IMG/VR virus record: IMGVR_UViG_3300031963_000026
Location: 1-64,000 of that record
Direction: 5' to 3' (one strand)
Source of the DNA: an uncultured virus (IMG/VR IMGVR_UViG_3300031963_000026)
Taxonomy: Duplodnaviria > Heunggongvirae > Uroviricota > Caudoviricetes
Length of the DNA: 64,000 bases
Within the stretch, counting starts at the first letter, position 1. Every line of letters starts with the position of its first letter. Below the pieces are notes generated by a model. That model was not told the origin of the DNA. It made no database searches and saw nothing but the letters and a program-made list of their open reading frames with translations. Position numbers and translations under genes: made by a program. Below are positions 47,815-57,919 of this stretch, piece after piece.

Positions 47815-48715
47815 ATTTAACAACACATTCAACATAAAGATCACCTAATCCAGGTGATTTAAAACCTTTATGTTTAACCCTTAAAGGTTTCGTAGTATCA
47901 AACGTATCAGGCATCGTAATTGATAATTCACCATCAGGATGTGGTATTGTAAATTTATCTTGAGTTAATGATTCTAAATCAAATTCTTTTCTAAACACTA
48001 AATCAATATCACTCTTTGAAAATCCATCCTGATCCAAAATTTCAACTTTAAGTAATAAGTTACCATATATTCCATTTGAAAAATCACCCAATCCCGTCAT
48101 TCTAATAAATTGACCCGAATCAATTCCAACTGGAATTTCAAACTTAACTACTTTTATTTCTTGTTTAACAGCTCTACCCGAACAAGATGAACATGGTTTG
48201 ATAATAATTCTTCCTCTACCTCCACAAGAAGGACAAGTTTGTCTTATTGTTTGTTGAAAGAATCCACCACCAATTGTTTGTACGAAAAATCCTTGCCCTT
48301 GACAGGTTCCACACGTTTCAGTGTCACCACCGGTTGAATTACAAGATGAACATTCAATATTACGTTGGTATTTAACTTCAATAGTCTTTCCCTTATAAGA
48401 GTCAATTACCCCAATACCGACATCGATTACTTTGTCAGGTACTTGAGGTTGTTTTGGACCTCTATTAAACATTTGATCAAAGAAATCATCAAATCCTCCA
48501 AACCCATTAAAACCACCATTCTTCTCCATTTCCCATTTCTGTTTTTTCTGAGGATCGGTCAATACATCATATGCTTCAGCAATCTCTTTAAATTGATCGG
48601 CACCGTCAGGATTAATGTCTGGATGATATTTTTTTGATAAATTTCTATACGCTTTCTTTATATCTTCTTCAGATGCGTTATTATTTATTCCAAGTATGTT
48701 ATAATAATCTTTCAT
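47798..48715 (-). CDS. dnaJ: DnaJ chaperone
   Basis: HPD J-domain; CxxCxGxG zinc repeats; C-terminal domain. Confidence 0.93.
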   Translation of the reverse strand: MKDYYNILGINNNASEEDIKKAYRNLSKKYHPDINPDGADQFKEIAEAYDVLTDPQKKQKWEMEKNGGFNGFGGFDDFFDQMFNRGPKQPQVPDKVIDVGIGVIDSYKGKTIEVKYQRNIECSSCNSTGGDTETCGTCQGQGFFVQTIGGGFFQQTIRQTCPSCGGRGRIIIKPCSSCSGRAVKQEIKVVKFEIPVGIDSGQFIRMTGLGDFSNGIYGNLLLKVEILDQDGFSKSDIDLVFRKEFDLESLTQDKFTIPHPDGELSITMPDTFDTTKPLRVKHKGFKSPGLGDLYVECVVKFKREI

Positions 48716-49352
48716 GAACTATCACGTTGTTTTATTCAAAAATAAAAAAAGAAAAAAAATTCTCAAGTCGTTTGTGACAACAAAGCGCGCAAATGAGTTT
48801 TTTAATAGATTGATTGAAGAATCTGATTCTGTCATATTTGATATGCAAACTGAAAATGGTAAGTCTTGTAAATTTGAAATAGGTATTATTCAAAAGGGTA
48901 AATTTTTATTTGATAATTACACAACAGATGAACTAGGTAGAAATATAAAAATAGAATTAGAAAATCAAGATTTTACTTTATTAAAAATTAAACCATATAA
49001 GGTTGAAGAAGGTCTTTTTGATCCTAAAACAAAAAATAGGATCTCGGTTCCTTATTTTCTAAAAACTTATTTATCTAAAGATGGTTTGAAAATGATATCC
49101 AAAGTAAATAATAGAATTGTATATCAAAAAGATGATGAGATTAAACTTTTTTCATTAAAAAGTGAATCTGACGCAGATAGATTTATTGAATCCCTTCAAT
49201 TAAGGTTTTCGGTTCAAAAAAGAAGTGATGTTCTTTTTGTTAAAGACGTATCAACCGCTCAAAGACAATATTTATATAATTTGTTGGAGGAAGCAGGATT
49301 TGACAGACAATATCTATACCGGAAATTTACAACTCATCCAGCAAGTAAATAA
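48714..49352 (+). CDS. Conserved hypothetical protein
   Basis: ORF. Confidence 0.75.
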   Translation: MNYHVVLFKNKKRKKILKSFVTTKRANEFFNRLIEESDSVIFDMQTENGKSCKFEIGIIQKGKFLFDNYTTDELGRNIKIELENQDFTLLKIKPYKVEEGLFDPKTKNRISVPYFLKTYLSKDGLKMISKVNNRIVYQKDDEIKLFSLKSESDADRFIESLQLRFSVQKRSDVLFVKDVSTAQRQYLYNLLEEAGFDRQYLYRKFTTHPASK

Positions 49353-49548
49353 ACTCAGTTCCTGACACATCAATTTTAAAACTCTTAGCATCTTTATTCA
49401 ATTCCTTGAACTTAGTACCCATCGTATGAAATTCCATTTCGGGTAATTCAAATATTACTGTAGTTTTTCCTAAATATAATCCTTGTGCAAGTTCAGCAAT
49501 CTGCGCTAGTGTGGTTAAATATTTATCACTCTCTTCAATCTCTGCCAT
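49327..49548 (-). CDS. Hypothetical protein
   Basis: ORF. Confidence 0.65.
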   Translation of the reverse strand: MAEIEESDKYLTTLAQIAELAQGLYLGKTTVIFELPEMEFHTMGTKFKELNKDAKSFKIDVSGTEFIYLLDEL

Positions 49549-49724
49549 AATGTTAGTTTTTCAGGTTTTGGTATCAATTCATCTTTAGTAATACCCTTTA
49601 AACTTCTTATTAATTTTTGTTTTTCATTGTCTAAATCTCTATGAAAAATTTTAAGGTCACTCTCTAACCCATCTAATTCTTCCTCAATTTCACTTTTCGG
49701 TTTCATCCTCAGTAACTGTTTCAA
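49515..49724 (-). CDS. Hypothetical protein
   Basis: ORF. Confidence 0.6.
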   Translation of the reverse strand: MKQLLRMKPKSEIEEELDGLESDLKIFHRDLDNEKQKLIRSLKGITKDELIPKPEKLTLWQRLKRVINI

Positions 49725-50130
49725 GTTTTAATTCTTTCTCAACATCCATCTTCAATTTCATGAGATCATCCAAAGAACTTTTTTCAAAAATCTTCTTTAA
49801 TTCTTTTACTTTATCATTAAATAGTTTCTCTTTAGCTTCTTTATCCAAATTGTATTTAATGATCCTTTTAATCCCATCAATGGTTTTTGTAAGATTCTCT
49901 TCATTTGGCTCACAAACAAATGATACAATGATCTTATCATCAACCTCATTCTGAGTATATTGCAATTCTTTTAATAAGGTCTCGGTAAATACCCAATTCT
50001 CGGGAAAGGTCAAATCAAAAGATATGTATGTTTTAATCTTACGAACACTATGTAAGTAAGGGAAAATTAATTTTATAATTTCAATGAATTTCATAGCTTT
50101 ATTAAATAAGTTATTATGTATGATAAGCAA
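49690..50130 (-). CDS. Hypothetical protein
   Basis: ORF. Confidence 0.7.
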   Translation of the reverse strand: MLIIHNNLFNKAMKFIEIIKLIFPYLHSVRKIKTYISFDLTFPENWVFTETLLKELQYTQNEVDDKIIVSFVCEPNEENLTKTIDGIKRIIKYNLDKEAKEKLFNDKVKELKKIFEKSSLDDLMKLKMDVEKELKLETVTEDETEK

Positions 50131-50312
50131 ATACCATTAAGTAATAGTTCCCTCTTACTTAACTCCATTTTAATTGGATTAATACTTAAGAGAGAACTAA
50201 TAAACTTAACGACTGTCCTCAAAAAGACAATTGATGAAAAGTTAAATAAAAAAAGAAATATGGTTGATAACTCAATCATTCTCTTGTTTTTTGTGATCCA
50301 AAATTTCACCAC
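50091..50312 (-). CDS. Small membrane protein
   Basis: Two hydrophobic segments. Confidence 0.55.
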   Translation of the reverse strand: MVKFWITKNKRMIELSTIFLFLFNFSSIVFLRTVVKFISSLLSINPIKMELSKRELLLNGICLSYIITYLIKL

Positions 50313-50451
50313 GTAGGGTCTGCAAAAGACTTTTCATGTCTTGACATGTTTTTCTAGCTCTTGTTCCTGCGCTTTTGTTTCCACCGAAAAATTTACCGGT
50401 GTCGGTTGATAGAGTCTCCATCAACGCTTTTAATTGTTCTAATGTTTCCAT
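50272..50451 (-). CDS. Histone H1-like Hc1-family small protein (not in ORF track)
   Basis: 59 aa; KFFGGNKSAGTRARK signature. Confidence 0.75.
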   Translation of the reverse strand: METLEQLKALMETLSTDTGKFFGGNKSAGTRARKTCQDMKSLLQTLRGEILDHKKQEND

Positions 50452-50502
50452 ACATTTAATTTTAATACAAAAAATTTAAGTTTTCAATAGGTATTGTAAA
50501 TA

Positions 50503-50988
50503 CTATTGTTTATTAATTAAAAGATTTTTATCTATGCTCTTATATAATTCGGTCAGCATATCCAAATCAGACTTGGTAAATGGTTTCCTGTCGTCAAATA
50601 ATTGGATAAAAAACTTTCTCAGCCCATCCACAACTTTTTGGTTTTTCTGTTTATAAAAAATCTCCGTAAAGAAATTTTTGAGAAACACTTTATGCTCCCC
50701 ATCTTCACTTATGTGAATATTTTCTTTTTCAAAGTTTTCCAAGATTTTTTTCCAACACCAATCAAAATGATTACTCTGCTCCTCGTTTGTTAATAATACC
50801 TTTGTTTCGTTGTTTTTATCCCTCTCACCCCCTAAATAAGTAGTTTCAATAATATCTGTTAAGCCAACACATAAATCACAAAATAACTCTCTCTTCTCAG
50901 AAATCATATTATTGATCCTGAACCATGTATCCACATCATCATTATTTAATGGTGTTGCCACCCAAGAAAAAAAATTCCCCATATCCAT
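50503..50988 (-). CDS. Hypothetical protein
   Basis: ORF. Confidence 0.75.
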   Translation of the reverse strand: MDMGNFFSWVATPLNNDDVDTWFRINNMISEKRELFCDLCVGLTDIIETTYLGGERDKNNETKVLLTNEEQSNHFDWCWKKILENFEKENIHISEDGEHKVFLKNFFTEIFYKQKNQKVVDGLRKFFIQLFDDRKPFTKSDLDMLTELYKSIDKNLLINKQ

Positions 50989-51027
50989 ATATGGGGAATA
51001 ATAATAATAATATTAAATTTTTGTATA

Positions 51028-51945
51028 TTATTGTGTTTTTTGATTGTATGATATTAATTTAGAGATTTTACTTAACTCTTCATTAATAACCATATTTTTC
51101 TTTTCTTCACTCTCTTTAACATTCAAATCTTTGAACATATTGTTAAGTTTCTTCGCCCCCTTAGATTCACCCGCATTATCTACCGGTTGTGTATATCTAT
51201 TATATGATCTATTTTTCTCAACACCGTAAAGGTTTTTCTTTCTCTTAGCATTAATCTTTTTACCAAATCCTGTATCAACAGCATTAGCATATTTAGCCGA
51301 ATTACCAGTTTTTGATGAACCTTCAAGATTTGCTGCTAACCAATCATCGTTAGGTTGGATTTCATCATACTGTAGGTTTTCCATACCGGGAGAATATGCA
51401 AAGTTCTCAATGTATTCTTCAACCGCACCCGATGGTGTATATGCTTTCTTAGTCATTTTACCTAACTCACCATTTCCCGCAGGAAACATAGTAGGATTCA
51501 TATCAAATTTACCCTTAGAACCATCTTTCAAATAGTCTTTCATTTTTTTCTCTAAATCCTTCATGTACTTCTTTGTTTCACCACCAGATTCTTTGTGAGC
51601 TCTCTTGTAGGTTACCAATCCGGGAGGATCTGATGCTTCATTAACCATCACCTCAATAAAATCAACCAATTCATTCTCACTCATTCTTAGAACGTTCTCT
51701 TCAACTTTCTTACAACCACAAGATTTATAATCAGAGTTATCTACATTTCTTAGTTTTTTTGTTTTACCATCAAACGTAAATTCGGTATCTCCTGCACATA
51801 TCGCCTTACATCTAGCACCTGTGAAAGCGTTACCTTCACCCATTTCTTCATGTTTTGACATGGTTTTTTTTGCCATTTTTACACTCTTATCCGCAATCTT
51901 TTCAGATAATTCACCTTTTAACATTTTATCAAAATAATTTCCCAT
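51028..51945 (-). CDS. Hypothetical (probably virion-associated) protein
   Basis: Internal MSENELVDFIEVMVNE and terminal INEELSKI leader-like motifs. Confidence 0.75.
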   Translation of the reverse strand: MGNYFDKMLKGELSEKIADKSVKMAKKTMSKHEEMGEGNAFTGARCKAICAGDTEFTFDGKTKKLRNVDNSDYKSCGCKKVEENVLRMSENELVDFIEVMVNEASDPPGLVTYKRAHKESGGETKKYMKDLEKKMKDYLKDGSKGKFDMNPTMFPAGNGELGKMTKKAYTPSGAVEEYIENFAYSPGMENLQYDEIQPNDDWLAANLEGSSKTGNSAKYANAVDTGFGKKINAKRKKNLYGVEKNRSYNRYTQPVDNAGESKGAKKLNNMFKDLNVKESEEKKNMVINEELSKISKLISYNQKTQ

Positions 51946-51966
51946 TTTACTTTTTATTTATAAATA

Positions 51967-52935
51967 TCATTTTTTATTGAAATGTTCATCAAATAATCTA
52001 TTAATTACTGATGGTGGTACTCCAATCTTATTACTAACACGATTTACCGTTTCCTTAATGTCACCGTCAATGATTTCCAAAGCATTAATATCACCTTGGT
52101 TACAATATGGGAACTTCTTACATTTCTCTTTTACTTTTACAAATTTACCACCAGGACCTCCGTACCTTGGAAACTTTTTGTCTTTTACCGCTCTTCCTTT
52201 ATATATGGAATCAGGACCTCCAATCTTCAAAGGATCCTTTACAAACCCTGGAAATGGTGCGTCGTATTGACCTGCCGATGAAGCACCTGTTGCCTCCTTA
52301 GTCTCAATTTTTTTTAACTTATCATAATACTTCGGGTCTTCGTATATATGATCCATCGCAATTTCCTTAGCCTTTGATTTATTATCGGTGTGTTCCATCT
52401 CGGTTTTAATACCTTTGGACAATTGTTTCTTAATATCAGTTAAGGGTATTCTATGTTTTTTTGCAAGATCTTCTAAGTTCTTATCATCAGCCTTACCACC
52501 TTTTAATATCTCACCTTCTTTAATGTCCTTTATAAACATATCTTGTTTCTTAAACGCAGCCCTATCCAAATAATCATACGCCTTATCACCATAAGCATCG
52601 TACAACCTTTGGAATATTAGTGCCGGGTTTTTTCTCATATACCTAATAACATCTTCAGGAACTTCTCTGTAATATTTTCCAAATACATTATCCAAATCAA
52701 TCTCTCTTGGTTGAATTGTTCTTTCAGAATCTTTCTTGAACTCCTCACCTTTGGTTTCTTTAGTCTCTTTTTTCATAGGACCGAACAAAGGACCAACATA
52801 TCCTCCTGCGGATCCCGCACCGGTAGCCTCAGTGTTTTCTATTTTTTTCAAAAAATCACTTTGTGCGTCTAATGATTTAGAACCTGATGGTAGTTCTCTA
52901 AAAGATTTCTTCATAGCGTCTGATAAACTTTTCAT
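51967..52935 (-). CDS. Multi-module protein containing DUF5661-like segment
   Basis: KGIKTEMEHT..AKEIAMDH..EDPKYY; duplicated EATGA.SAG.Y. Confidence 0.7.
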   Translation of the reverse strand: MKSLSDAMKKSFRELPSGSKSLDAQSDFLKKIENTEATGAGSAGGYVGPLFGPMKKETKETKGEEFKKDSERTIQPREIDLDNVFGKYYREVPEDVIRYMRKNPALIFQRLYDAYGDKAYDYLDRAAFKKQDMFIKDIKEGEILKGGKADDKNLEDLAKKHRIPLTDIKKQLSKGIKTEMEHTDNKSKAKEIAMDHIYEDPKYYDKLKKIETKEATGASSAGQYDAPFPGFVKDPLKIGGPDSIYKGRAVKDKKFPRYGGPGGKFVKVKEKCKKFPYCNQGDINALEIIDGDIKETVNRVSNKIGVPPSVINRLFDEHFNKK

Positions 52936-52936
52936 A

Positions 52937-53182
52937 TTATGCGTTCTTTAATCTACTTTGCCAAACACTTCTTTGATTATACATTACACCATAAAATTCT
53001 GTGAAAAGTTTGACAATAGTTTCTTTCACTTCATCATTTAACTTACCCTTTTTCAATTCTTTAAGAATCTCTGCCATCAATTTTTCTTCGTATTGACGCA
53101 AAGTATTAGATCCAAGAAAATCTTTAATCTCTTTTCGGATCATAATTTCAATTTCTTTCTGTTCTGATGATGTAAATGCCAT
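52937..53182 (-). CDS. Hypothetical protein
   Basis: ORF. Confidence 0.7.
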   Translation of the reverse strand: MAFTSSEQKEIEIMIRKEIKDFLGSNTLRQYEEKLMAEILKELKKGKLNDEVKETIVKLFTEFYGVMYNQRSVWQSRLKNA

Positions 53183-53190
53183 ATATATAA

Positions 53191-54009
53191 TTACTTCAAT
53201 AATTCTTTTATTGACCTAATAGAATAACCAAAACTTAAACTAGGTCCCCAAGTTATCCCGAAAGAGTTAGCCGATCCCATATACCCAAACATAGGTCCAA
53301 ACCCAACATGTAGAGCCAAACCATTCTGAAATACTTTTTTTGGTGGATCAATTACCACAGAGTTTAACACAGGAATATCCAATAAATCCTTTTCAATTTT
53401 TTTATCTAAAATAACCTTACCGTCTTCGTATTTCAATGTATAAGGTGTTACCACAACTTTTTTAACTCCTTTATCCTCAATTGTTGCCATACTCAAACCA
53501 AATGTGAATTTTTCATCTAACTTTGTAGATTTCCCATTGTATTTTGGATATAACCCTAATGAATATTTTTCGGAATATGTGGTGTCATTAATTTTAATAG
53601 TTTTACTTTCAAAAAGAACATAAGTTTCTGAACCAATACTCCTAACGTCATTAGTATCTGAAAAATAAATTCTATACGTGGAATCATTAACTTTTTCAAT
53701 TTGTGACCCAATATCAAAACTGTGTTCGTATTTTGGTGTTAGATAAGTAACTGTTGTAATTGTCTTACCCGGTAACTCTTTTATTATTGTTCTAAAATTA
53801 ACATCTTGTTTTTCAGCTTCTTCTTTTGTTAATTGGAATGAAACCTTTTCATACTTACCCTTATAATACTTCACAGTATCAGTCATTGCAAGTTCGTTCT
53901 GATGTGCTTTTTGTTCTAAATAATCTTTGTCTTGACAGGATTTCAAGTTAGTAATGACTAAAAAAACTATTACACCTAACAAAATTAAATTTAATATCTT
54001 ATTCTTCAT
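53191..54009 (-). CDS. Membrane-anchored protein (possible spanin-like)
   Basis: N-terminal TM helix; C-terminal beta-strand G-rich tail. Confidence 0.55.
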   Translation of the reverse strand: MKNKILNLILLGVIVFLVITNLKSCQDKDYLEQKAHQNELAMTDTVKYYKGKYEKVSFQLTKEEAEKQDVNFRTIIKELPGKTITTVTYLTPKYEHSFDIGSQIEKVNDSTYRIYFSDTNDVRSIGSETYVLFESKTIKINDTTYSEKYSLGLYPKYNGKSTKLDEKFTFGLSMATIEDKGVKKVVVTPYTLKYEDGKVILDKKIEKDLLDIPVLNSVVIDPPKKVFQNGLALHVGFGPMFGYMGSANSFGITWGPSLSFGYSIRSIKELLK

Positions 54010-54661
54010 CTTCAGGAAATGTTAAAGTTTTCTTTCTAACAGCTAATACTTTAGCCCATTTAGTTTTGAATTTTTGATAATAACTTTGAATTTGCTCAAT
54101 AAATTTAACAAAATCATAATCAACCTTAATCATGGTACCATTAACATAAACACCGTTTGATTCACCAATACTGTAGAAAAATTCCAAATCTTTATCAATG
54201 ATATGTCCTGACCATTCAACCGTGCTCCCATAGATATTCAATGGATAAAAATCAACAAATTCAGAAACTTCAGATGTAAATTCGTCCATAGTTTCTTGAA
54301 ATGCTGATTTGTCCTCAGTTGTTAATTGTAAATCCTTACTGTCTTTTCCATGAACTACGATAACACCACCCGAAACTCTATACGCTTGTTGTTTATCTTT
54401 TTTTACCGGAGCATCATCACTAACCTTATCTTCAATTGATTTTGCAATGTTGGGTCTTTTATCCGAGATAGCATTTGTACCCGCAGTTTCTCCCTCAAAT
54501 GAAGAATCCTGTTCCAAAATTATTTGTGAAAATAATTTATTCTCATTCAATTGACCATACTTACGGTCACTCATCATCTTTGACGACACCTTCAATAGGT
54601 TTTTCATTTCGTCGTATTCGTTTCTTTTCATATAGTAATTCGTTAAATCTATCAAAATCAA
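53999..54661 (-). CDS. Hypothetical protein
   Basis: ORF; likely start MKRNEY. Confidence 0.75.
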   Translation of the reverse strand: MILIDLTNYYMKRNEYDEMKNLLKVSSKMMSDRKYGQLNENKLFSQIILEQDSSFEGETAGTNAISDKRPNIAKSIEDKVSDDAPVKKDKQQAYRVSGGVIVVHGKDSKDLQLTTEDKSAFQETMDEFTSEVSEFVDFYPLNIYGSTVEWSGHIIDKDLEFFYSIGESNGVYVNGTMIKVDYDFVKFIEQIQSYYQKFKTKWAKVLAVRKKTLTFPEDEE

Positions 54662-55217
54662 ATGCCGGATTCACGTCAGTGTATCTCTCCGAAAAATTAC
54701 TCCTTGAAACAATACCTTCGTATTTCTCAACCCCTGTAACCTTTACGTTGTGACCCACACATCGGTTATTTATTTGTTGGGTTTTAAATATCTCTTGACA
54801 CAATTTAGACAATGAAACATATTGTTCATCCGTATAATTTTGCCAAAAAATACAATCCCTCCACTTCCGTTCAAAGACCTTTTCCTTATAAATACTTCCA
54901 ATCCAGTTAATGTGATGTGAAGTAAGTGGTAACCTATCCAACCAACCTAAATTTTCTAATGCAATTACGATACCACAGTAATCCTCGGTTAAGTCAAATG
55001 ATAGATCAGACCCCTCACTATCCTCTAATAATTGAAATACCTCACCATCCTGTTTTACAAGATAATGAGGTATTTTAGAATTCTTTTTGTTCAACCTGAA
55101 TTCAACACTTTTGATATATTCATCAAAATGTCTTTTAGTGTCAATCAATATAATTCTCTTCTTAACATCTTCTGTGGGTATTCCATTTGATGATAAAGTT
55201 TTATTGATTTTGACCAT
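54567..55217 (-). CDS. N-acetylmuramoyl-L-alanine amidase-like protein, apparently lacking Zn ligands
   Basis: PHYLV..DGEVFQL, IALEN, YTDEQY.SL..L, DVNPAFDF. Confidence 0.65.
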   Translation of the reverse strand: MVKINKTLSSNGIPTEDVKKRIILIDTKRHFDEYIKSVEFRLNKKNSKIPHYLVKQDGEVFQLLEDSEGSDLSFDLTEDYCGIVIALENLGWLDRLPLTSHHINWIGSIYKEKVFERKWRDCIFWQNYTDEQYVSLSKLCQEIFKTQQINNRCVGHNVKVTGVEKYEGIVSRSNFSERYTDVNPAFDFDRFNELLYEKKRIRRNEKPIEGVVKDDE

Positions 55218-55881
55218 TTTTACTATATATCAACCTCTTTATTCCTTCTTCAGGTTGTTCAGATTCTTCCGACATTTTCTTTAAATGTTTTTCAAGCTCA
55301 CTCAGTTTTTCCTCGGAAAGAACTACCGGATTATCAATTGTTTCTTGTTTTGCAACTTGTTTTGATAATTCGTAAATCTCATCTTGAGTTAATTCCTTCG
55401 GCGGTTCCTTTTCTGTTTCACGTTCTGAATACACAATCAGCATGTGAGCAAAAGTCAATGATATGAATGGTAACAAACCCCCCGTGAAAAACGCCAATAT
55501 CCTTTTATGTGCCGAAACATCAGTTGCTTCAATACCCATCGGTTCAAATAATCCTGAAACCATCTCAATCCACATCTTAAACTCTTGTGATGATGTTTCA
55601 ATAAATGAAAAGGAATAAAAGAAGTTTCCAATAAACTGAATCAATGTAACAATACCAAATGGTATATAGATAAACCTACCAAATTTTGCAGACACCCCAG
55701 CCAATGCCGCAAGTGCTGCAATCTCCACCGCCACAGATAAGAATATCGCCCAAGACATCGGGTTAGATAAACCATAAAATGTGACAACGTGAGAGATTGA
55801 AACAATCGCAACCAAAAGTATAGGAATGATAAATGAGGTCACAATAATGGACCTCAAATTATCTTGTAACCATTTCTTCAT
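55201..55881 (-). CDS. Multi-pass membrane protein
   Basis: Four hydrophobic helices. Confidence 0.75.
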   Translation of the reverse strand: MKKWLQDNLRSIIVTSFIIPILLVAIVSISHVVTFYGLSNPMSWAIFLSVAVEIAALAALAGVSAKFGRFIYIPFGIVTLIQFIGNFFYSFSFIETSSQEFKMWIEMVSGLFEPMGIEATDVSAHKRILAFFTGGLLPFISLTFAHMLIVYSERETEKEPPKELTQDEIYELSKQVAKQETIDNPVVLSEEKLSELEKHLKKMSEESEQPEEGIKRLIYSKNGQNQ

Positions 55882-55882
55882 A

Positions 55883-56179
55883 TCAATTTGTGGTATCTAC
55901 CAAATTTTGATTTTTATAGAAGTTGATCGGTACGTGATTCTTATCACTCAACTCTTCAATCTCCAAGTTTTTCCAAGCCGGTGTTTCGTTGATAAGTTTA
56001 ATCATTTCTTGTTTTGTAATCGTATTTGATTTCAAATCCTGAACTTCCTTTTTCAAACGATTAACATCTGACCCTGTTCCACAACTTCTGAACAACAATA
56101 ATACCAACACCACAAAAGATGCTATCGGTAAATAACTTTTGATTTTTTCCATAACTTTTATTTTATAAATATAAATCAC
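55883..56179 (-). CDS. Small membrane or lipoprotein with coiled coil
   Basis: VVLVLLLFRSCG. Confidence 0.65.
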   Translation of the reverse strand: MIYIYKIKVMEKIKSYLPIASFVVLVLLLFRSCGTGSDVNRLKKEVQDLKSNTITKQEMIKLINETPAWKNLEIEELSDKNHVPINFYKNQNLVDTTN

Positions 56180-56979
56180 ATGTAATCAAACAACGATCCA
56201 CTCTCATTTCTTAATTTTCTAAGAGCCTTTTCTTTGATTTGACGGACACGTTCTTTTGTAAGATTAAAATCATTTCCAATTTCTTCAAGAGTTTTTGGCG
56301 CATCACCAGCTATTCCAAAGTAATCTTCAACAATAATTCTTTCCCTATCATCCAAAATACCCAAGATCTCCATCATCTTCTCTTTCAAAATGTTTTGAGT
56401 GTTGAATAAAGATTCAGGTAGGAACCCATCAGGACTTTCAATGGTATCTAATAACGTATCACCTTCCTCATTGATTGTTTGATCATAGTTAATAACCGAT
56501 GGTAGTGATTGCATCTTATCCGATAATTCACCACCTTTTTTACTGATCTCACGTTTTTCTTTGTATAGATCTTGGACAATATTAACCGGAAGACGGATGG
56601 TTCTTGAATTCTCATTCAAACTTTGAAGAATAGATTGTTTGACCCACCATACCGCATAAGAGATAAATCTTAAATTCTTATTCCAATCAAAACTTTGAAT
56701 GGCTTTCATAAGACCTAGGTTTCCCTCAGCGATTAGGTCCGCTAACTCCAACCCTTGGTTTTGGTATTGTTTGGCAATAGTAATAACAAACCTTAAATTA
56801 CCTTCCAACAACTCTTTATCCACCCTCTCTTTTTCTTCTTTGGTTAAAGACCCACTCAACATCATTTGAGATAGTTCTCGTTCCCTCTCAGCCGACATAA
56901 CTTTTAATCTACGAACATCTTTCAAATAAGACGAGATCTCGTCTTGGTTCATAATTACAACTGCACTTCTTTCTTTCAT
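56176..56979 (-). CDS. RNA polymerase sigma-70 family factor (RpoD/RpoS-like)
   Basis: NLRFVITIAKQY, DLIAEGNLGL, RFISYAVWW, TLEEIG..FNLTKERVRQI. Confidence 0.93.
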   Translation of the reverse strand: MKERSAVVIMNQDEISSYLKDVRRLKVMSAERERELSQMMLSGSLTKEEKERVDKELLEGNLRFVITIAKQYQNQGLELADLIAEGNLGLMKAIQSFDWNKNLRFISYAVWWVKQSILQSLNENSRTIRLPVNIVQDLYKEKREISKKGGELSDKMQSLPSVINYDQTINEEGDTLLDTIESPDGFLPESLFNTQNILKEKMMEILGILDDRERIIVEDYFGIAGDAPKTLEEIGNDFNLTKERVRQIKEKALRKLRNESGSLFDYM

Positions 56980-56983
56980 TTTA

Positions 56984-57544
56984 TTACTCCTGTGATTTTA
57001 ATATTTGTTCTTCTAATGGTGTTAATGAATCAATACCAGATTCGTTGATCTTGTCTAAGATTTCATCAATTGTAGGTTTTTTGAATCCCGCCTTGTTCAT
57101 AATTTCTTCAAGGACACTTTCATCAATCTCATTCTCAAATTCCATATCCAACTCCTTCGCAGTCATACCAAGTCCTGTCTTTTGAAGACCATAACTACGT
57201 GTGTTCAAATCAACTTCACCATCTGTTTTTTCTAAATCAAACAAATGTTCAAAGAAGTTTCTCGGTAACATCACTGACATATTGTCAGTATATTCCATCA
57301 GAAAGTATTGAGGTGCCGCACTACTAATGGTAAACGAGAGGAATTCTCTGAGTTCATTAAAATTAACTTCGGACCAAAAATGGATGATTACATTATAATC
57401 ACCAAACAAAAATTTAACGGACGGTGAGTCTGCAATAGGTGCTAGACCATCAGCAACGTCCCGGATGACATTTTCTCTACCTGAGAATTCACCCATCATA
57501 AACAAAAGATATTTTTTCATATTCTTTATTGGATTAGAGTACAA
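56984..57544 (-). CDS. Hypothetical protein with C-terminal IDEILDKI..SGIDSLT motif (DUF6576-like)
   Basis: Motif. Confidence 0.65.
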   Translation of the reverse strand: MYSNPIKNMKKYLLFMMGEFSGRENVIRDVADGLAPIADSPSVKFLFGDYNVIIHFWSEVNFNELREFLSFTISSAAPQYFLMEYTDNMSVMLPRNFFEHLFDLEKTDGEVDLNTRSYGLQKTGLGMTAKELDMEFENEIDESVLEEIMNKAGFKKPTIDEILDKINESGIDSLTPLEEQILKSQE

Positions 57545-57579
57545 AGTACGGATATTTATTTGACAAAAACAAGACCAAA

Positions 57580-57870
57580 ATGAAAAAAATTGTCACATTA
57601 TCAGAATCACAATTAGTCGGTTTAATTGAACGTATTGTGAATGAAACATCTAAGGATAAACAGTTCATTCAAAAAGCAGTTGAGAAACAAGAGAAGAAAG
57701 GAACTTCCGGCAAATTCGGTGCTTGGTGTAAGAGAAATGGTCTTGCATCTGCAGATGGTGAAGTAACTATGAAGTGTATCAACAAAGCGATGAAGTCCGA
57801 TGACTCTTCTGTTGTTAAAATGGCTAACTTCGCCAAAAACATTGGTGGTTTTAAGGGTGCTAAACATTAA
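57580..57870 (+). CDS. Small protein with MKKIVTLSESQL...IVNE leader
   Basis: ORF; TATTTAT upstream. Confidence 0.75.
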   Translation: MKKIVTLSESQLVGLIERIVNETSKDKQFIQKAVEKQEKKGTSGKFGAWCKRNGLASADGEVTMKCINKAMKSDDSSVVKMANFAKNIGGFKGAKH

Positions 57871-57884
57871 ATAATAACAATAAT

Positions 57885-57916
57885 AGGGGAAGATGTAACT
57901 CTTCCCCATTTTTTTA
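57885..57916. terminator. Terminator between convergent genes
   Basis: GGGGAAGA/TCTTCCCC stem plus T-run. Confidence 0.7.
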
Positions 57917-57919
57917 ACA

